Shown here piece after piece: positions 1-10,458 of a stretch of 64,000 nt of DNA. Position 1 is the first letter of the stretch, and every line of letters starts with the position of its first letter. This DNA comes from Minisyncoccota bacterium. Its GTDB lineage: Bacteria > Patescibacteriota > Minisyncoccia > Phycocordibacterales > UBA5272. Both the position numbers and the translations under genes were made by a program. The notes under the pieces are model-generated. The model was not told where the DNA came from. It searched no databases and saw only the letters and a program-made list of their open reading frames with translations. Where the stretch lies: positions 84,737 to 148,736 of the forward strand of contig JBAZJW010000001.1 of NCBI GenBank assembly GCA_041651055.1, written 5' to 3'.

Positions 1-345
1 GAAGAAATTGCAACGGGGGCAGATACATTTATGGATTATGTGAATGAACAAGGGGGTGTCGATAAAGTTCTTCCTGACGATGCGATTTGGAAAATAAAAG
101 AAAAGGCGATGTTGGAATATAAGACATTGATGGATAACGCTGAAGCACTTCTCGTTTGTAATTTTGACAAGGGTGAAAAGAAAAATAGAATCGGGGATAA
201 TACATTTATGGAAATGGGATATATGTTTTTTACAGGAAAGAAAATATATGTGTTACAAGGCCCACCGTATGGTGATGATAAGATTGAAGAAGTCTTAGGA
301 ATGAGACCGACGTTTTTGAAAGGGGATTTAGGAAAGATGGAGTAA
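1..345 (+). CDS. 5'-truncated nucleoside 2-deoxyribosyltransferase-like (NDT-fold) protein
   Basis: Frame is open from base 1. The motif ALLVCNFDK..NRIGDNTFMEMGY..GKKIYVL resembles NDT-like proteins common in CPR. Confidence 0.55.
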   Translation, partial: EEIATGADTFMDYVNEQGGVDKVLPDDAIWKIKEKAMLEYKTLMDNAEALLVCNFDKGEKKNRIGDNTFMEMGYMFFTGKKIYVLQGPPYGDDKIEEVLGMRPTFLKGDLGKME

Positions 346-376
346 TAAAAAAGGCCACCTGAAAAGGTGGCTTTTG
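346..376. terminator. Bidirectional intrinsic terminator
   Basis: AAAAAA-GGCCACC-TGAAA-AGGTGGC-TTTT between convergent ORFs. Confidence 0.7.
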
Positions 377-394
377 CTGTGCTGGAGTTGAATG

Positions 395-850
395 TTATGC
401 GCTGCTTGGTTCACGGGCTACTTTTTGCTCGTAGTAGTGCAACGCTATCTCACCCTTGATGAGATGCGCGGCGATTATGCCTTCAATGATAATCCCAGAT
501 AGCATCAGGTTCATGAAAGCGAGGATAATGCCGAAAGCATGTGCAGCGAGGAAGGAAAAGATAACCCGACCTATTTCGTTTGTTCCAAACGATTTCGACA
601 TGGCTTCGTTTCCAAACAGAATGAGGAGGAGGCCAAATGCCATCGAATACAGCATGACGTCCCCGTAGGTGTTCCAGTTGCATTCGGCGTCGGAACGGAA
701 CCGCTCCACCTCAAAGTCTGATGATTTTGTAATACGCAGACCCTCTCCCGTGCCAACGACGGCGCTCAGAAAGAAAAACCCTCCGATCAAAACCAGAATG
801 AACCAGTCGATGCCGCGCAGGGCGTGAAAGACGTTTGTGAGAAAGTCCAT
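395..850 (-). CDS. Orphan membrane protein, about 3 TM segments, 151 aa (cassette 1)
   Basis: ATG at 850 is preceded by AAGGAG. Hydrophobic helices are present. The start is revised from the ORF track. Confidence 0.7.
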   Translation of the reverse strand: MDFLTNVFHALRGIDWFILVLIGGFFFLSAVVGTGEGLRITKSSDFEVERFRSDAECNWNTYGDVMLYSMAFGLLLILFGNEAMSKSFGTNEIGRVIFSFLAAHAFGIILAFMNLMLSGIIIEGIIAAHLIKGEIALHYYEQKVAREPSSA

Positions 851-902
851 GGAAGTCTCCTTGAAAAGGTTGTGGCGGAATTGCCAAAGAGCAGTGGTTG
901 CT

Positions 903-931
903 ATTCTGCAATAAATAGTGCCGAATGTCAA
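903..931 (-). promoter_or_regulatory. Sigma70-type promoter of cassette 1
   Basis: TTGACA-17 nt-CAGAAT on the minus strand. Confidence 0.65.
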
Positions 932-1028
932 CTTGACTCTCATTCTATAATTTGAGATTGTAGATATATCCCGTCACTACCGACTGTCCACCATACCTGA
1001 AAGGAAGAACTCTGCTAAACTGTAAATG

Positions 1029-1100
1029 TATTAGTTATTAGTTATTAGTTATTAGTATTTGTATTTTCTATTGACTCTAGACTATCGTCTATCGACTATC
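1029..1100. repeat. Period-7 microarrays upstream of clpB
   Basis: (TATTAGT)x4, then GACTATC GTCTATC GACTATC just before the ATG. Confidence 0.8.
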
Positions 1101-1104
1101 TCAC

Positions 1105-3804
1105 ATGCCTCCATCATTTAACAATTTCACAACCAAAGCCAAAGAAGTCATTCGCCGAGCGCATGAACTTGCTATCGAACGAGGACAAAACCAAGTAAGC
1201 CCACTTCATTTGATGGGTGCACTTTTGACGCAAGAAGAATCTCTTGTACACGCCATTTTGGAACGTCTCGACGTGGACATCGTACATCTCACTGATAGTA
1301 TTGTGGATGCTATCGAGGTGCCTGGCGCGTCAGCTACGATGAGTCCGTCATACCAGATGTACCTCACACCTGAGCTCGCAGCGACACTCGAAGCATCACT
1401 CAAAATAGCACAATCTCTTGGGGATGAATTCGTCTCCACTGAGCATCTCTTCTTGGCACTCCTTGAATCAATGGGCCAAGTTCGTGAATTGCTCGCGCGT
1501 TTCCGTATCGACAAAGATACGGCATATCATATATTAGAAGAACTTCGTGCTCAGAATATTACCGAAGCACAAGGTCCAAAGAAAAATAAGGCACTCGCAA
1601 AGTACACACGTAATTTCACCGACCTTGCTCGCGCCGATAAGCTCGACCCAGTCATTGGTCGTGACACAGAAATCATGCGCCTCATGCAAATTCTTTCTCG
1701 TCGCACCAAGAATAATCCAATTTTGATCGGAGAGGCTGGTGTAGGAAAGACTGCTGTCGTGGAAGGTCTCGCCATTCGTATGGCAAAGGGTGATGTTCCA
1801 GAAAGTTTGAAAGGAAAAGAACTTGTATCGCTTGATCTTGGAACACTTATTGCAGGAACAAAGTTCCGTGGAGAATTCGAAGAGCGTTTGAAAACCATTA
1901 TGAAAGAAATTGAACGCTCAGAAGGTGGTATCATTCTTTTCATTGATGAAATACACACCATCGTAGGAGCCGGAGCTACAGAAGGTTCAGCAGATGCTGC
2001 GAATTTGCTTAAGCCAGCTCTTTCACGTGGTGAACTTCGCGCTATCGGTGCGACGACACTCAAGGAATACCAGAAGCATATTGAAAAAGATCCAGCGCTT
2101 GCTCGTCGTTTTCAGCCGGTATTCGTTGAAGAGCCAAATGAAGTAGATGCACTCGCTATCTTGCGAGGCCTCAAAGAAAAGTATGAACTTTTCCATGGTG
2201 TGCGTATCACTGATGACGCACTTGTAGCATCAGTGAATCTCTCGACACGATACATTACGTCTCGTTTTCTTCCAGACAAGGCTATTGACCTCATCGATGA
2301 GGCGGCATCATCACTTCGTATTGCACTTGAGAATAAGCCTCCCGTGCTCGATGAAGCACATCGCAAAATCATGCGTTTAGAAATTGAAAAAGAAGCGCTT
2401 ACCAAAGAACTCGTCGCACACGCAGACGGCGACCTTTCCTCTACCAAGAAACGCATTAATGCTATCGATGAAGAAATTGCAAATGTGAAAGAAAAGACGC
2501 ACGAACTCGAAATCAAGTGGAAAAACGAAAAGAAAACGCTTGGAGAAATCGGTGAAATTAAAAAGTCACTCGAATCACTTCGTACAGAATCCGAAAATGC
2601 AGAAATGCGTGCAGACCTCACGCGTGTGGCAGAGATCCGTTATGGACAGATTCCAGAACTTACTCGTGAACTGAATGATCGTTTTGAAAAGCTAAAGAAA
2701 CTTCAAAAGACGCGCAGAATTCTTCGTGAAGAAGTAACCGAAGAAGATATTGCATCTGTCGTCGCTCGCTGGACAGGTATTCCTGTGGTGCGCATGCTCG
2801 AAGAAGAAGAGGATAAGCTCTCTCGTATGGAAGATGTGCTCGGCAAGCGTGTTATTGGTCAACGTGATGCTATTCTAAAGATAAGTGGTGCAGTGAGACG
2901 CTCACGTGCAGGTATCAATGACCCATCTCGTCCGATCGGTTCATTTATGTTCCTCGGTCCAACAGGTGTGGGAAAGACAGAGCTCACCAAGGCTCTTGCG
3001 GAATTTATGTTTAATGATGAAAAGGCTCTCATTAAGGTAGACATGAGTGAATACATGGAAAAGCACAGCACGAGTAAGTTGATCGGTTCGCCTCCAGGAT
3101 ATGTTGGGTATGATGAATCAGGACAATTGACCGAAGCAGTGCGACATCGACCGTATGCGGTGATTCTTTTTGACGAAATTGAAAAGGCTCATCCAGAAGT
3201 GTTCAACCTGCTTCTCCAAGTTCTTGATGAAGGACGACTCACAGATAGTAAAGGGCGTGTTGTGAACTTCAAGAATACGATTATCGTCATGACGTCAAAC
3301 ATCGGTAGTCAGTACATTCAGAAGATGGAACAAATTGGTTTTGGTAATAATGAAACGAGTGGTGTGTACACACAAGTGAAAGAACGTGTGATGGAAGCGC
3401 TCAAAGATTTCTTCAAACCAGAATTCTTGAACCGTCTCGACGAAACCATGATATTCGACGTGCTTACGAAGGAGGAAATAAAACAAATTGTTTCACTTCA
3501 AGTGAAGTCTCTTGCGACACGACTTCTCGAAAAGGAAATTGTGCTTGAGGTGACTGATGAAGCGATTGGTTATATCGCAGAAAAGTCATACGACCCACAC
3601 TACGGTGCGCGACCAATCAAGCGATTTATGCAAACGACTATTCTAAACTCTATCGCATCGCTCATGCTTTCAAAGAAAATTACAAAGGGAGGTATTGCAC
3701 ATGTATCGCTCAACAAAAAAGGTGACATAGAAGTGGAAGCACAAAAGCCACGAAAGATTCCGAGTCCGCTTACACAAAAGGACGTGATGGCGAAGAAGAA
3801 ATAA
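1105..3804 (+). CDS. clpB: ATP-dependent chaperone ClpB
   Basis: Clp N-domain, two AAA modules ([16 protein letters not shown]), long coiled-coil middle domain and GYVGY pore loop. Confidence 0.95.
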   Translation: MPPSFNNFTTKAKEVIRRAHELAIERGQNQVSPLHLMGALLTQEESLVHAILERLDVDIVHLTDSIVDAIEVPGASATMSPSYQMYLTPELAATLEASLKIAQSLGDEFVSTEHLFLALLESMGQVRELLARFRIDKDTAYHILEELRAQNITEAQGPKKNKALAKYTRNFTDLARADKLDPVIGRDTEIMRLMQILSRRTKNNPILIGEAGVGKTAVVEGLAIRMAKGDVPESLKGKELVSLDLGTLIAGTKFRGEFEERLKTIMKEIERSEGGIILFIDEIHTIVGAGATEGSADAANLLKPALSRGELRAIGATTLKEYQKHIEKDPALARRFQPVFVEEPNEVDALAILRGLKEKYELFHGVRITDDALVASVNLSTRYITSRFLPDKAIDLIDEAASSLRIALENKPPVLDEAHRKIMRLEIEKEALTKELVAHADGDLSSTKKRINAIDEEIANVKEKTHELEIKWKNEKKTLGEIGEIKKSLESLRTESENAEMRADLTRVAEIRYGQIPELTRELNDRFEKLKKLQKTRRILREEVTEEDIASVVARWTGIPVVRMLEEEEDKLSRMEDVLGKRVIGQRDAILKISGAVRRSRAGINDPSRPIGSFMFLGPTGVGKTELTKALAEFMFNDEKALIKVDMSEYMEKHSTSKLIGSPPGYVGYDESGQLTEAVRHRPYAVILFDEIEKAHPEVFNLLLQVLDEGRLTDSKGRVVNFKNTIIVMTSNIGSQYIQKMEQIGFGNNETSGVYTQVKERVMEALKDFFKPEFLNRLDETMIFDVLTKEEIKQIVSLQVKSLATRLLEKEIVLEVTDEAIGYIAEKSYDPHYGARPIKRFMQTTILNSIASLMLSKKITKGGIAHVSLNKKGDIEVEAQKPRKIPSPLTQKDVMAKKK

Positions 3805-3854
3805 AGGGGGGCAGCTGGAAGCTAAAGGCTAGAAGCTGGAAGGGGTACGGAGAA

Positions 3855-3893
3855 AATACAAAGAGCGGCACCTACGGTGCCGCTCTTTGTATT
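3855..3893. repeat. REP-like palindrome family A, copy 1 (terminator position)
   Basis: AATACAAAGAGCGGCACC-TAC-GGTGCCGCTCTTTGTATT. It is preceded by an AGCTGGA-type heptamer array at 3813-3841. Confidence 0.8.
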
Positions 3894-3908
3894 CGAGAAA
3901 TAGAGTAA

Positions 3909-3937
3909 TAAAAATGGCACCCTAAGTGGGTGCCGTG
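3909..3937 (-). terminator. Terminator of cassette 2
   Basis: AAAAA-TGGCACCC-TAAGT-GGGTGCCG, giving a U-tail on the minus strand. Confidence 0.65.
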
Positions 3938-3961
3938 TGTGCTTGCAGGGCACGTGCGAGG

Positions 3962-4537
3962 TTATTCCTCGTCGTCAAACATGAAACATGCGTCTTTGAA
4001 AGGGTCACCTACGTCAGGGTAAAGTTTCTCCAGCTTGTCTGCGGCGGCGATCAACAGTGAGGCTTTTTCCGGAGAGATTTCCACACCAAGGAGTTTCAGC
4101 CAGTGAAGGAAGGAAGCGCCATCACTCATTTGCGACAAAAACATCGAATCAACAATCTCGCTGATGACTTTTTTGTCATTTGTGGAAGATGGACCTTGTT
4201 TGATGAGAATGTAATCATCGTCACAACAGAGAAGTTTATACTTTTCTGCGAGGTCTGTTTTTTCGCCTTTGAGAATCTCCACATCGGTCATGCCGGGGTG
4301 CCACTCTGGGAAAATATGACCATCCAGTGTTTCAGGGCCGCGGGACTCAGGTTCCCAATAAAGCGCCTTGGGGAAAGCTTTCACATGTTTTTCGCACCTG
4401 CAGATTTCTCCGAAGAGAACGCCATGGCCAAAGCTTGTTCTTCGGAGGACGAGAACCTCTCCGTATACTGAGCGCACGAGGTCGCCTGGTCCGAGGTTTG
4501 CAAAGGCGAGTCTTAGTTCTTCTATTGTGTGTGTCAT
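3962..4537 (-). CDS. Orphan protein, 191 aa (cassette 2)
   Basis: ATG at 4537 follows GGAG. Promoter TTGACT-17-TAGTGT at 4636-4608. No recognisable family. Confidence 0.7.
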   Translation of the reverse strand: MTHTIEELRLAFANLGPGDLVRSVYGEVLVLRRTSFGHGVLFGEICRCEKHVKAFPKALYWEPESRGPETLDGHIFPEWHPGMTDVEILKGEKTDLAEKYKLLCCDDDYILIKQGPSSTNDKKVISEIVDSMFLSQMSDGASFLHWLKLLGVEISPEKASLLIAAADKLEKLYPDVGDPFKDACFMFDDEE

Positions 4538-4661
4538 TTTTGACTCCAGTTGTGCGCTCGTTTGAGCGTGTGGTTGAGGAAGGAACGGGGGATTGTGTCC
4601 GTATAGTACACTACGATAGATGTTCGTATAAGTCAAAGTTTGGGAATGGGGGATTTTGTAG

Positions 4662-4692
4662 CAAAAAGCGGCACCTACGGCGACGCTCTTTG
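4662..4692. repeat. REP-like palindrome family A, copy 2 (degenerate)
   Basis: CAAAAAGCGGCACCTACGGCGACGCTCTTTG. Confidence 0.7.
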
Positions 4693-4736
4693 ATTTACAT
4701 AGGTGTAACCTATGTAAAAAGACTCTCTATCGACCA

Positions 4737-5591
4737 TCAGTCATCGACTACCGACCACCGACCATCTCTCCTTTTTTCTGCAAACGAAACTACATTCTCA
4801 AATAGATATGCAACCGTAAGTGGTCCGACTCCACCTGGTACAGGTGTGAACACGTTCGCAATAGCTGCACACCGTGGATCGCAGTCTCCCGCGAGCACAC
4901 CTGCTTGTTCACTTGTTCCCGCGTCAATAATCACGACACCAGGTTTGAAATCTTCTGGTGACAAAGTATGAGGTGCTCCACTTCCAGAAATGACAATGTC
5001 TGCATTCTGTAAAAGTTTCTTCCGTGTTTCTGTATCGGTATCAGCATCAATAATTTCTGGTGTGATCCCTTGATGCTTGAGCCAGACTGCAACAGGTGCA
5101 CCGACAAGCTTCCCGTGTCCGACAATAACGACATTTTTATTTTCGATATCAGTATATGTATCTTCTAAAATATGTGCAACAGCACCCACCACCGTCGGAA
5201 GAGGTGCGCCTGTTTCAATAAATGACGCATTCGCATCGCTGCTCAATACATCGACATCGAGTTCTTGTGGTACCGCATTAAGTACACGTAGAGCATCATA
5301 CGAAGAAGGGAGTGGTAGTTGAACAATGATGCCGTCATATTCATTACTCTTTGCGAGAGCTTGCACTACGTCAACGAGAGAAGATTCATCAGTTTCACTT
5401 TTGAAATTAAATTCTTTAATCGTGACACCGAGCGCTTCTGCATACTTTCTTTTAATTCTAATGAAGGAAACAATACTTGGATGTTCATCAACAGAAATAA
5501 TGGCGAGCACAGGGGCTCGTCCAAGGTTTGCAATCCTCTCCTTGAGAAGTATTTGCATAGTTTGTGATGCTTCTTTTCCGTTGTAGATCAT
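4737..5591 (-). CDS. folD: Bifunctional methylene-THF dehydrogenase/cyclohydrolase FolD
   Basis: GIIVQLPLP, DVD, IDAGT and TPVPGGVGPLTV motifs. Start at MIYNGKEAS (5591). Confidence 0.93.
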   Translation of the reverse strand: MIYNGKEASQTMQILLKERIANLGRAPVLAIISVDEHPSIVSFIRIKRKYAEALGVTIKEFNFKSETDESSLVDVVQALAKSNEYDGIIVQLPLPSSYDALRVLNAVPQELDVDVLSSDANASFIETGAPLPTVVGAVAHILEDTYTDIENKNVVIVGHGKLVGAPVAVWLKHQGITPEIIDADTDTETRKKLLQNADIVISGSGAPHTLSPEDFKPGVVIIDAGTSEQAGVLAGDCDPRCAAIANVFTPVPGGVGPLTVAYLFENVVSFAEKRRDGRWSVVDD

Positions 5592-5712
5592 AATGATAGA
5601 TTTTATAGTATCAGAAATAAAGCTTATATGCACGGCATATATACTGTTTTTTGTTTTACACAGGTTGTAAATTAGGGTAAAAAAGTATAGAATACACAAG
5701 TGTTAAAAATAT

Positions 5713-5795
5713 GCGTCGGTGGTGGAGTGGTCAATCACAATAGACTGTAAATCTATCGGCTTCGGCCTTCGCTGGTTCAAATCCAGCCCGACGCA
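5713..5795 (+). tRNA. tRNA-Tyr(GTA)
   Basis: Acceptor GCGTCGG/CCGACGC, anticodon arm ATAGA-CTGTAAA-TCTAT, long variable arm and GGTTCAAATCC. CCA is not encoded. Confidence 0.95.
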
Positions 5796-5797
5796 CA

Positions 5798-6026
5798 AAT
5801 ATAATAAAAGTCCTACATGTACCCATGTGGGACTTTTATTATATTCTGTCTGTCATGGAAGCAAACAAAACTGTTTTGTTTGCGTCTGGATTTGTTGGGC
5901 GGAGCGTTATGAGGCTAACAAGCCGAATCGCGAGCGGCGGACTGCGAACTTTTTGAGCGGCGGCTGATTAGTAAATCATGTCGTGAGACTCAAAAAGATT
6001 TGTAGTCTAATCCAACCCGACGCACA
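5798..6026 (+). mobile_element. tRNA 3'-anchored structured element (family T3), copy 1
   Basis: Ends in a 17/18 copy of the tRNA-Tyr 3' end (6009-6026). Shares a 27/29-nt motif with the element after tRNA-Thr(GGT). Mobility is inferred. Confidence 0.65.
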
Positions 6027-6091
6027 TTGAAAGAAAATACTCCTATTGTACGTATGTAGCATATATATCCTTTAACGACTATTATGCTTCC

Positions 6092-7732
6092 ATGCTAAAA
6101 ACTATACAATCTTACGGCGGAGTTCTTGTTTCTTTCTTGAAAAAGCACAAAAAATCCAGCATCAGTATTGGAATAGTCCTTGTTGCATATGGTATCTACA
6201 CCATTTTCTTTTTGCCCTCAACAACAACCACAACGACCATTACAGAGATAAAAGTCGCACAGAAATCTTTTTCTTTATCGGTAAGTGGGTCAGGTGCCAT
6301 CTCTCCAATTAATACGGTTACCTTAAAAGCTAAAGGGTCTGGTGATATTCGTTCTATACAAGTAAAAGCTGGCGATACAGTACGACAAGGTGCGAGACTT
6401 ATCTCATTGGATGCGACAACGGCGTATCAAAATCTTACAACTGCTCAAGTGAATCTTGAAACAGCTAAGCTCGATCTCGAAAAAATTAAAAAGCCGCCGA
6501 CAACACTCGAAGTTCTACAAATTCAAAATCAGATAGATACTGCGAAGCAGACTATCCTCGATCAGGACACTGCTGTGATAAACGCGTACACTTCACTTAT
6601 GAATGTTTCTTTTGAAGCAACACCAGAGTCACAGGCATCAGCTCAAACACCACCTACTATTACGGGAAGTTATTTAGGAAAAACAGAAGGACAGATAAAA
6701 ATTATTTCATATCTCTCAGGTGACGGACTCAGATTCACAGCGTCCGGTCTCGTTTCTATGGATGGCCTCGCAAGCACGCTCACCGCACAACCACTTGGTG
6801 ATACGGGTCTTTACATTAAGTTCGCATCGCTCGATGCACAGCCGAATTGGATTATTTTTATACCAAATAAAAAAGCATCGAGCTATCTTTCTGCATACAC
6901 TGCATATCAAAATGCACTTATTACCAAAGATAAAACAGTTGCCGCTCAAAACAGAACACTCGCCTTACTTGCGGAGCAAATGAAAACCTTGCAAGCCGGA
7001 GCAGACACACTCGATGTGCGAGCAAAAGAACTTGTCGTAGCACAGAGACAAAATGCGGTGAATGATGCAAGTACACAACTCGCGAATTATACTGTCGCGG
7101 CACCATTTGATGGTGTCATTGCAAGCATTACCGCAGAGATGGGGGATAGTGTCAGTCAGTCGACATCGCTTGGTACCATTATCACCAACAAAAAGATTGC
7201 TGAGATTTCTTTGAATGAAGCTGACATTGCGAAAGTCGCCGTTGGACAAAAAGTAAAACTCACCTTTGATGCGGTGAGCGGACTTTCTCTCGATGGAACG
7301 ATTGCAGAGATAGATACCTTGGGTACCACATCACAAGGAGTGGTGACCTACAAAGTAAAAATTGCATTCGATGATAAAGATGCGCGTATTAAGCCAGGTA
7401 TGACGGTCACGGCAGATATTACGTTAGAGAAAAAAGATGACGCGCTTGTTGTTCCGAATGAGGCGATTAAGACGTTAAAGGGTAAGAAATATGTAGAAGT
7501 AAAAACATCAACATCTGGAGCGCTCACAACGTCTCAAGTAGAAGTGACTGTGGGTATGGTAGGAGATACGCAATCTGAAATTACTTCTGGTGTCACTATG
7601 GGTGATGTCATTATTGTTCGAAGAAAGACAACAACGGCGTCGGCAACAAAAACCCCGACAGCGGCGTCATTGCTTGGTGGTAATGCGTCTGGGGCTGCGC
7701 GTCGTAATACTGGAGATCAGCCAGGTTTTTAA
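6092..7732 (+). CDS. MacA/HlyD-family periplasmic adaptor (membrane fusion protein)
   Basis: N-terminal TM, lipoyl-like VKAGDTVRQG and APFDGVI, coiled coil, IKPGMT. Confidence 0.88.
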   Translation: MLKTIQSYGGVLVSFLKKHKKSSISIGIVLVAYGIYTIFFLPSTTTTTTITEIKVAQKSFSLSVSGSGAISPINTVTLKAKGSGDIRSIQVKAGDTVRQGARLISLDATTAYQNLTTAQVNLETAKLDLEKIKKPPTTLEVLQIQNQIDTAKQTILDQDTAVINAYTSLMNVSFEATPESQASAQTPPTITGSYLGKTEGQIKIISYLSGDGLRFTASGLVSMDGLASTLTAQPLGDTGLYIKFASLDAQPNWIIFIPNKKASSYLSAYTAYQNALITKDKTVAAQNRTLALLAEQMKTLQAGADTLDVRAKELVVAQRQNAVNDASTQLANYTVAAPFDGVIASITAEMGDSVSQSTSLGTIITNKKIAEISLNEADIAKVAVGQKVKLTFDAVSGLSLDGTIAEIDTLGTTSQGVVTYKVKIAFDDKDARIKPGMTVTADITLEKKDDALVVPNEAIKTLKGKKYVEVKTSTSGALTTSQVEVTVGMVGDTQSEITSGVTMGDVIIVRRKTTTASATKTPTAASLLGGNASGAARRNTGDQPGF

Positions 7733-7735
7733 TCT

Positions 7736-8401
7736 ATGATTGTTTGTAAAAATCTAACGAAGTCATATACGAATGGAGACACGGTAACACCGGTACTTCA
7801 CAATGTTTCTTTCTCTATTGCAAAGGGTGAATTCGTAGCAATCATGGGACCATCTGGTTCAGGTAAGTCTACGATTATGAATATTTTAGGACTACTCGAC
7901 ACACCGACGTCAGGCACATATTTTCTTGATGGTAAAGATGTTTCATCATTAAGCGATGATGAACAAGCGACGATTCGTGCCAACAAAATTGGTTTCGTTT
8001 TTCAATCATTCAATCTTCTCCCGAGAACAACGGTGCTTCGCAATGTCGGATTGCCACTTATTTATACAGGACAAGATGCGAGAACGCGAGATGAAAAAGC
8101 AAGGCAAGCATTGCAGTCGGCAAGCTTTCCCGAAGAGCGATTTTCATACTTGTCGAATCAACTTTCTGGTGGACAAATTCAACGTGTCGCTATCGCACGC
8201 GCACTTGTGAATGATCCATCTATTATTCTTGCAGATGAGCCGACAGGAAATCTCGACACGAAGACTGGCGAAATGGTTATTGAAACATTTAAAAAACTTA
8301 ATAAGGAGCAAGGGCGTACGATTATTCTCATTACGCATGAGCAAGAAGTCGCCGCACATGCGGATAGGATTATTTTTGTACGAGATGGAAAAATTATGTA
8401 A
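7736..8401 (+). CDS. MacB/LolD-family ABC ATPase
   Basis: [24 protein letters not shown]. Confidence 0.93.
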   Translation: MIVCKNLTKSYTNGDTVTPVLHNVSFSIAKGEFVAIMGPSGSGKSTIMNILGLLDTPTSGTYFLDGKDVSSLSDDEQATIRANKIGFVFQSFNLLPRTTVLRNVGLPLIYTGQDARTRDEKARQALQSASFPEERFSYLSNQLSGGQIQRVAIARALVNDPSIILADEPTGNLDTKTGEMVIETFKKLNKEQGRTIILITHEQEVAAHADRIIFVRDGKIM

Positions 8402-8406
8402 CTACT

Positions 8407-9627
8407 ATGCGATTTAAAGATATTCTTGATGAAACAGTAGCCGCCCTCGCCGCGAACAAAACGCGATCATTCCTTACCGTGCTCGGTATTATGATTGGTA
8501 TTGCTTCTGTTATTGTGGTTATGGCTGTAGGAGCGGGTGCACAGAGCAGTATTACTTCCCGTATTTCTTCTTTAGGGACGAATCTCCTCACCATATCTCC
8601 CGGAGGACAGTCACGAGTAAACGGTGTGACTATCGCCCGTGGTAGCGGAACGACGCTTACCAAAGAAGACGCGAGTGCTCTTCTGCTTGAAACGGATTTA
8701 ATAGCAGCTGTCTCTCCACAAGTTTCCACACGAACGCAAGTTATCGCACAAACAAATAATACGAATACGACGATATACGGTGTCTCGACATCGTATATGT
8801 CGGTAACATCGCTTGAATTAGAGCAAGGGACATTTTTGGAAGATGCTGAGAATTCAAAGTATGCGAAAGTGGTAGTGCTAGGGCCGACGACACGTGATGA
8901 CCTGTTCAGCACCGGCGCTGATGTCATTGGGCAGACTGTGCGCATTAATAATGTACGCTTCACCGTGATCGGTGTGACGGTAGCAAAAGGCGGAACAGGT
9001 TTCGGGAGTACAGATGATCGTGTGTATATGCCAATTGATACCGCGCAACAATACATAACGGGAAGTAAATCTCTCTCATCTATTTCGGTTTCGGTGACCA
9101 GTGCGGATAAAATGACAGACGCACAAACGAGAATCACTGATATTCTTCTCAAACGTCACAAAATAACAGATCCAACCAAAGCTGACTTTTCTATTTTGAA
9201 TCAAGCAGATTTGGCCGCGACCGCGACGTCCATTACACAAACAATTACATTGCTCTTGGGTTCTGTCGCAGGTATTTCACTTGTTGTTGGAGGAATCGGC
9301 ATCATGAATATGATGCTTACAACCGTACGAGAGCGTACACGAGAGATTGGATTGCGAAAGGCGATAGGTGCCAAGAAAAAAGATATTTCATTTCAGTTTT
9401 TGGCTGAGGCGATTGCGCTTACTATTTTTGGTGGTGTTATTGGTATTATTTTTGGCTACCTTGTGGCCATGGCTTTTAATTTAACCGGAATTATTACGAC
9501 CACCGTTACCCTTAAGCCTATTGTTGTAGCCTTCTCTACTTCTGCTTTCATTGGTATTGTTTTCGGATACTATCCAGCAAAGAAAGCTTCAGAGTTAAAC
9601 CCAATCGAAGCCCTTCGCTACGAATAG
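8407..9627 (+). CDS. MacB/FtsX-family ABC permease
   Basis: RSFLTVLGIMIGIASV, GGIGIMNMML..ERTREIGLRKAIGA, PIEALRYE. Confidence 0.93.
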   Translation: MRFKDILDETVAALAANKTRSFLTVLGIMIGIASVIVVMAVGAGAQSSITSRISSLGTNLLTISPGGQSRVNGVTIARGSGTTLTKEDASALLLETDLIAAVSPQVSTRTQVIAQTNNTNTTIYGVSTSYMSVTSLELEQGTFLEDAENSKYAKVVVLGPTTRDDLFSTGADVIGQTVRINNVRFTVIGVTVAKGGTGFGSTDDRVYMPIDTAQQYITGSKSLSSISVSVTSADKMTDAQTRITDILLKRHKITDPTKADFSILNQADLAATATSITQTITLLLGSVAGISLVVGGIGIMNMMLTTVRERTREIGLRKAIGAKKKDISFQFLAEAIALTIFGGVIGIIFGYLVAMAFNLTGIITTTVTLKPIVVAFSTSAFIGIVFGYYPAKKASELNPIEALRYE

Positions 9628-9639
9628 TAAAAGGGAAGT

Positions 9640-9707
9640 AATTAGTTATTGGTTATTAGTTATTGGTTTGGTATATACTAATAACTAATAACCAGTAACT
9701 ACCAACC
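9640..9707. repeat. Inverted pair of period-7 arrays
   Basis: TTATTAG/TTATTGG units, then CTAATAA/CCAGTAA units ahead of the HIT ATG. Confidence 0.75.
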
Positions 9708-9713
9708 GTCCCC

Positions 9714-10097
9714 ATGTCCACCATCTTTTCGAAAATCATTGCTGGAGAAATACCTAGCTATAAAATCTACGAAGACGAGCATGTTTTTGCTTTTCTTGAT
9801 ATTAATCCTATGCAAAAAGGGCACACGCTCGTTGTGCCAAAAGTAGAAGTTGATAATCTTTTTGATTTAGACGAGGAAATGTACAGCTCTTTAATGTTAC
9901 GATCAAAAGATATCGCAAAACGTATGAAAGATACATTGGGATGTGCTCGAGTGTGTGTGGTTGTAGAAGGGTACGCTATTCCTCATGCACATGTGCATCT
10001 TATTCCTACGAATCAGGCGGACGATTTTGATAAAAAGAATGTGTATAGAGCGAGCGCTGAGGAATTAAAAGAAATGCAGGCTATACTTATCTCATAA
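9714..10097 (+). CDS. HIT family nucleotide hydrolase
   Basis: IFSKIIAGEIP and the HAHVH histidine triad. Confidence 0.93.
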   Translation: MSTIFSKIIAGEIPSYKIYEDEHVFAFLDINPMQKGHTLVVPKVEVDNLFDLDEEMYSSLMLRSKDIAKRMKDTLGCARVCVVVEGYAIPHAHVHLIPTNQADDFDKKNVYRASAEELKEMQAILIS

Positions 10098-10453
10098 TGA
10101 ACTACGTACTTATTCGCATGGTTGCGGTTTTGATTGCAAGCTACGTCACGCACGTCGGCGTGATTCCTCTTGTCTTCACTGTCGAGACGGTGTGGGTGGC
10201 GCTTCTTGTAGCCATCATTTTGGCAGTGATAAATCACACTATCAAGCCACTCATTGATATTGTTACATTACCGATCAACTTCTTCACACTTGGACTTTTT
10301 TCATTCGTTATCAATGGACTAATGATACTTCTCGCTGGTAATATTGTGAATACATTTATTACAGGAGGTTTCGAAATCCCTTCACTGATTATGGCAGTGT
10401 GGTTCGCCATGGTTATGTCTGTAGTGAACTTCTTTCTTCATATTTTTGAATAA
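10097..10453 (+). CDS. YvlD-like 4-TM membrane protein (phage holin 4_2 family)
   Basis: IKPLIDIVTLPINFFTLGLFSFVING signature. Confidence 0.85.
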   Translation: MNYVLIRMVAVLIASYVTHVGVIPLVFTVETVWVALLVAIILAVINHTIKPLIDIVTLPINFFTLGLFSFVINGLMILLAGNIVNTFITGGFEIPSLIMAVWFAMVMSVVNFFLHIFE

Positions 10454-10458
10454 TCAAT

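Noticed and set aside
930-1025. Possible CIRCE/CtsR heat-shock operator upstream of clpB
   Set aside because: Only a partial half-site (CTCTGCTAA) is visible. There is no TTAGCACTC-N9-GAGTGCTAA pair.
5719-5967. ORFs overlapping tRNA loci (5719-5967, 53181-53450, 55316-55567)
   Set aside because: They run through tRNAs and structured elements, so they are spurious.
10097-10453. 'Phage holin' as evidence of a prophage
   Set aside because: This YvlD-like family is commonly chromosomal and no phage genes lie nearby.
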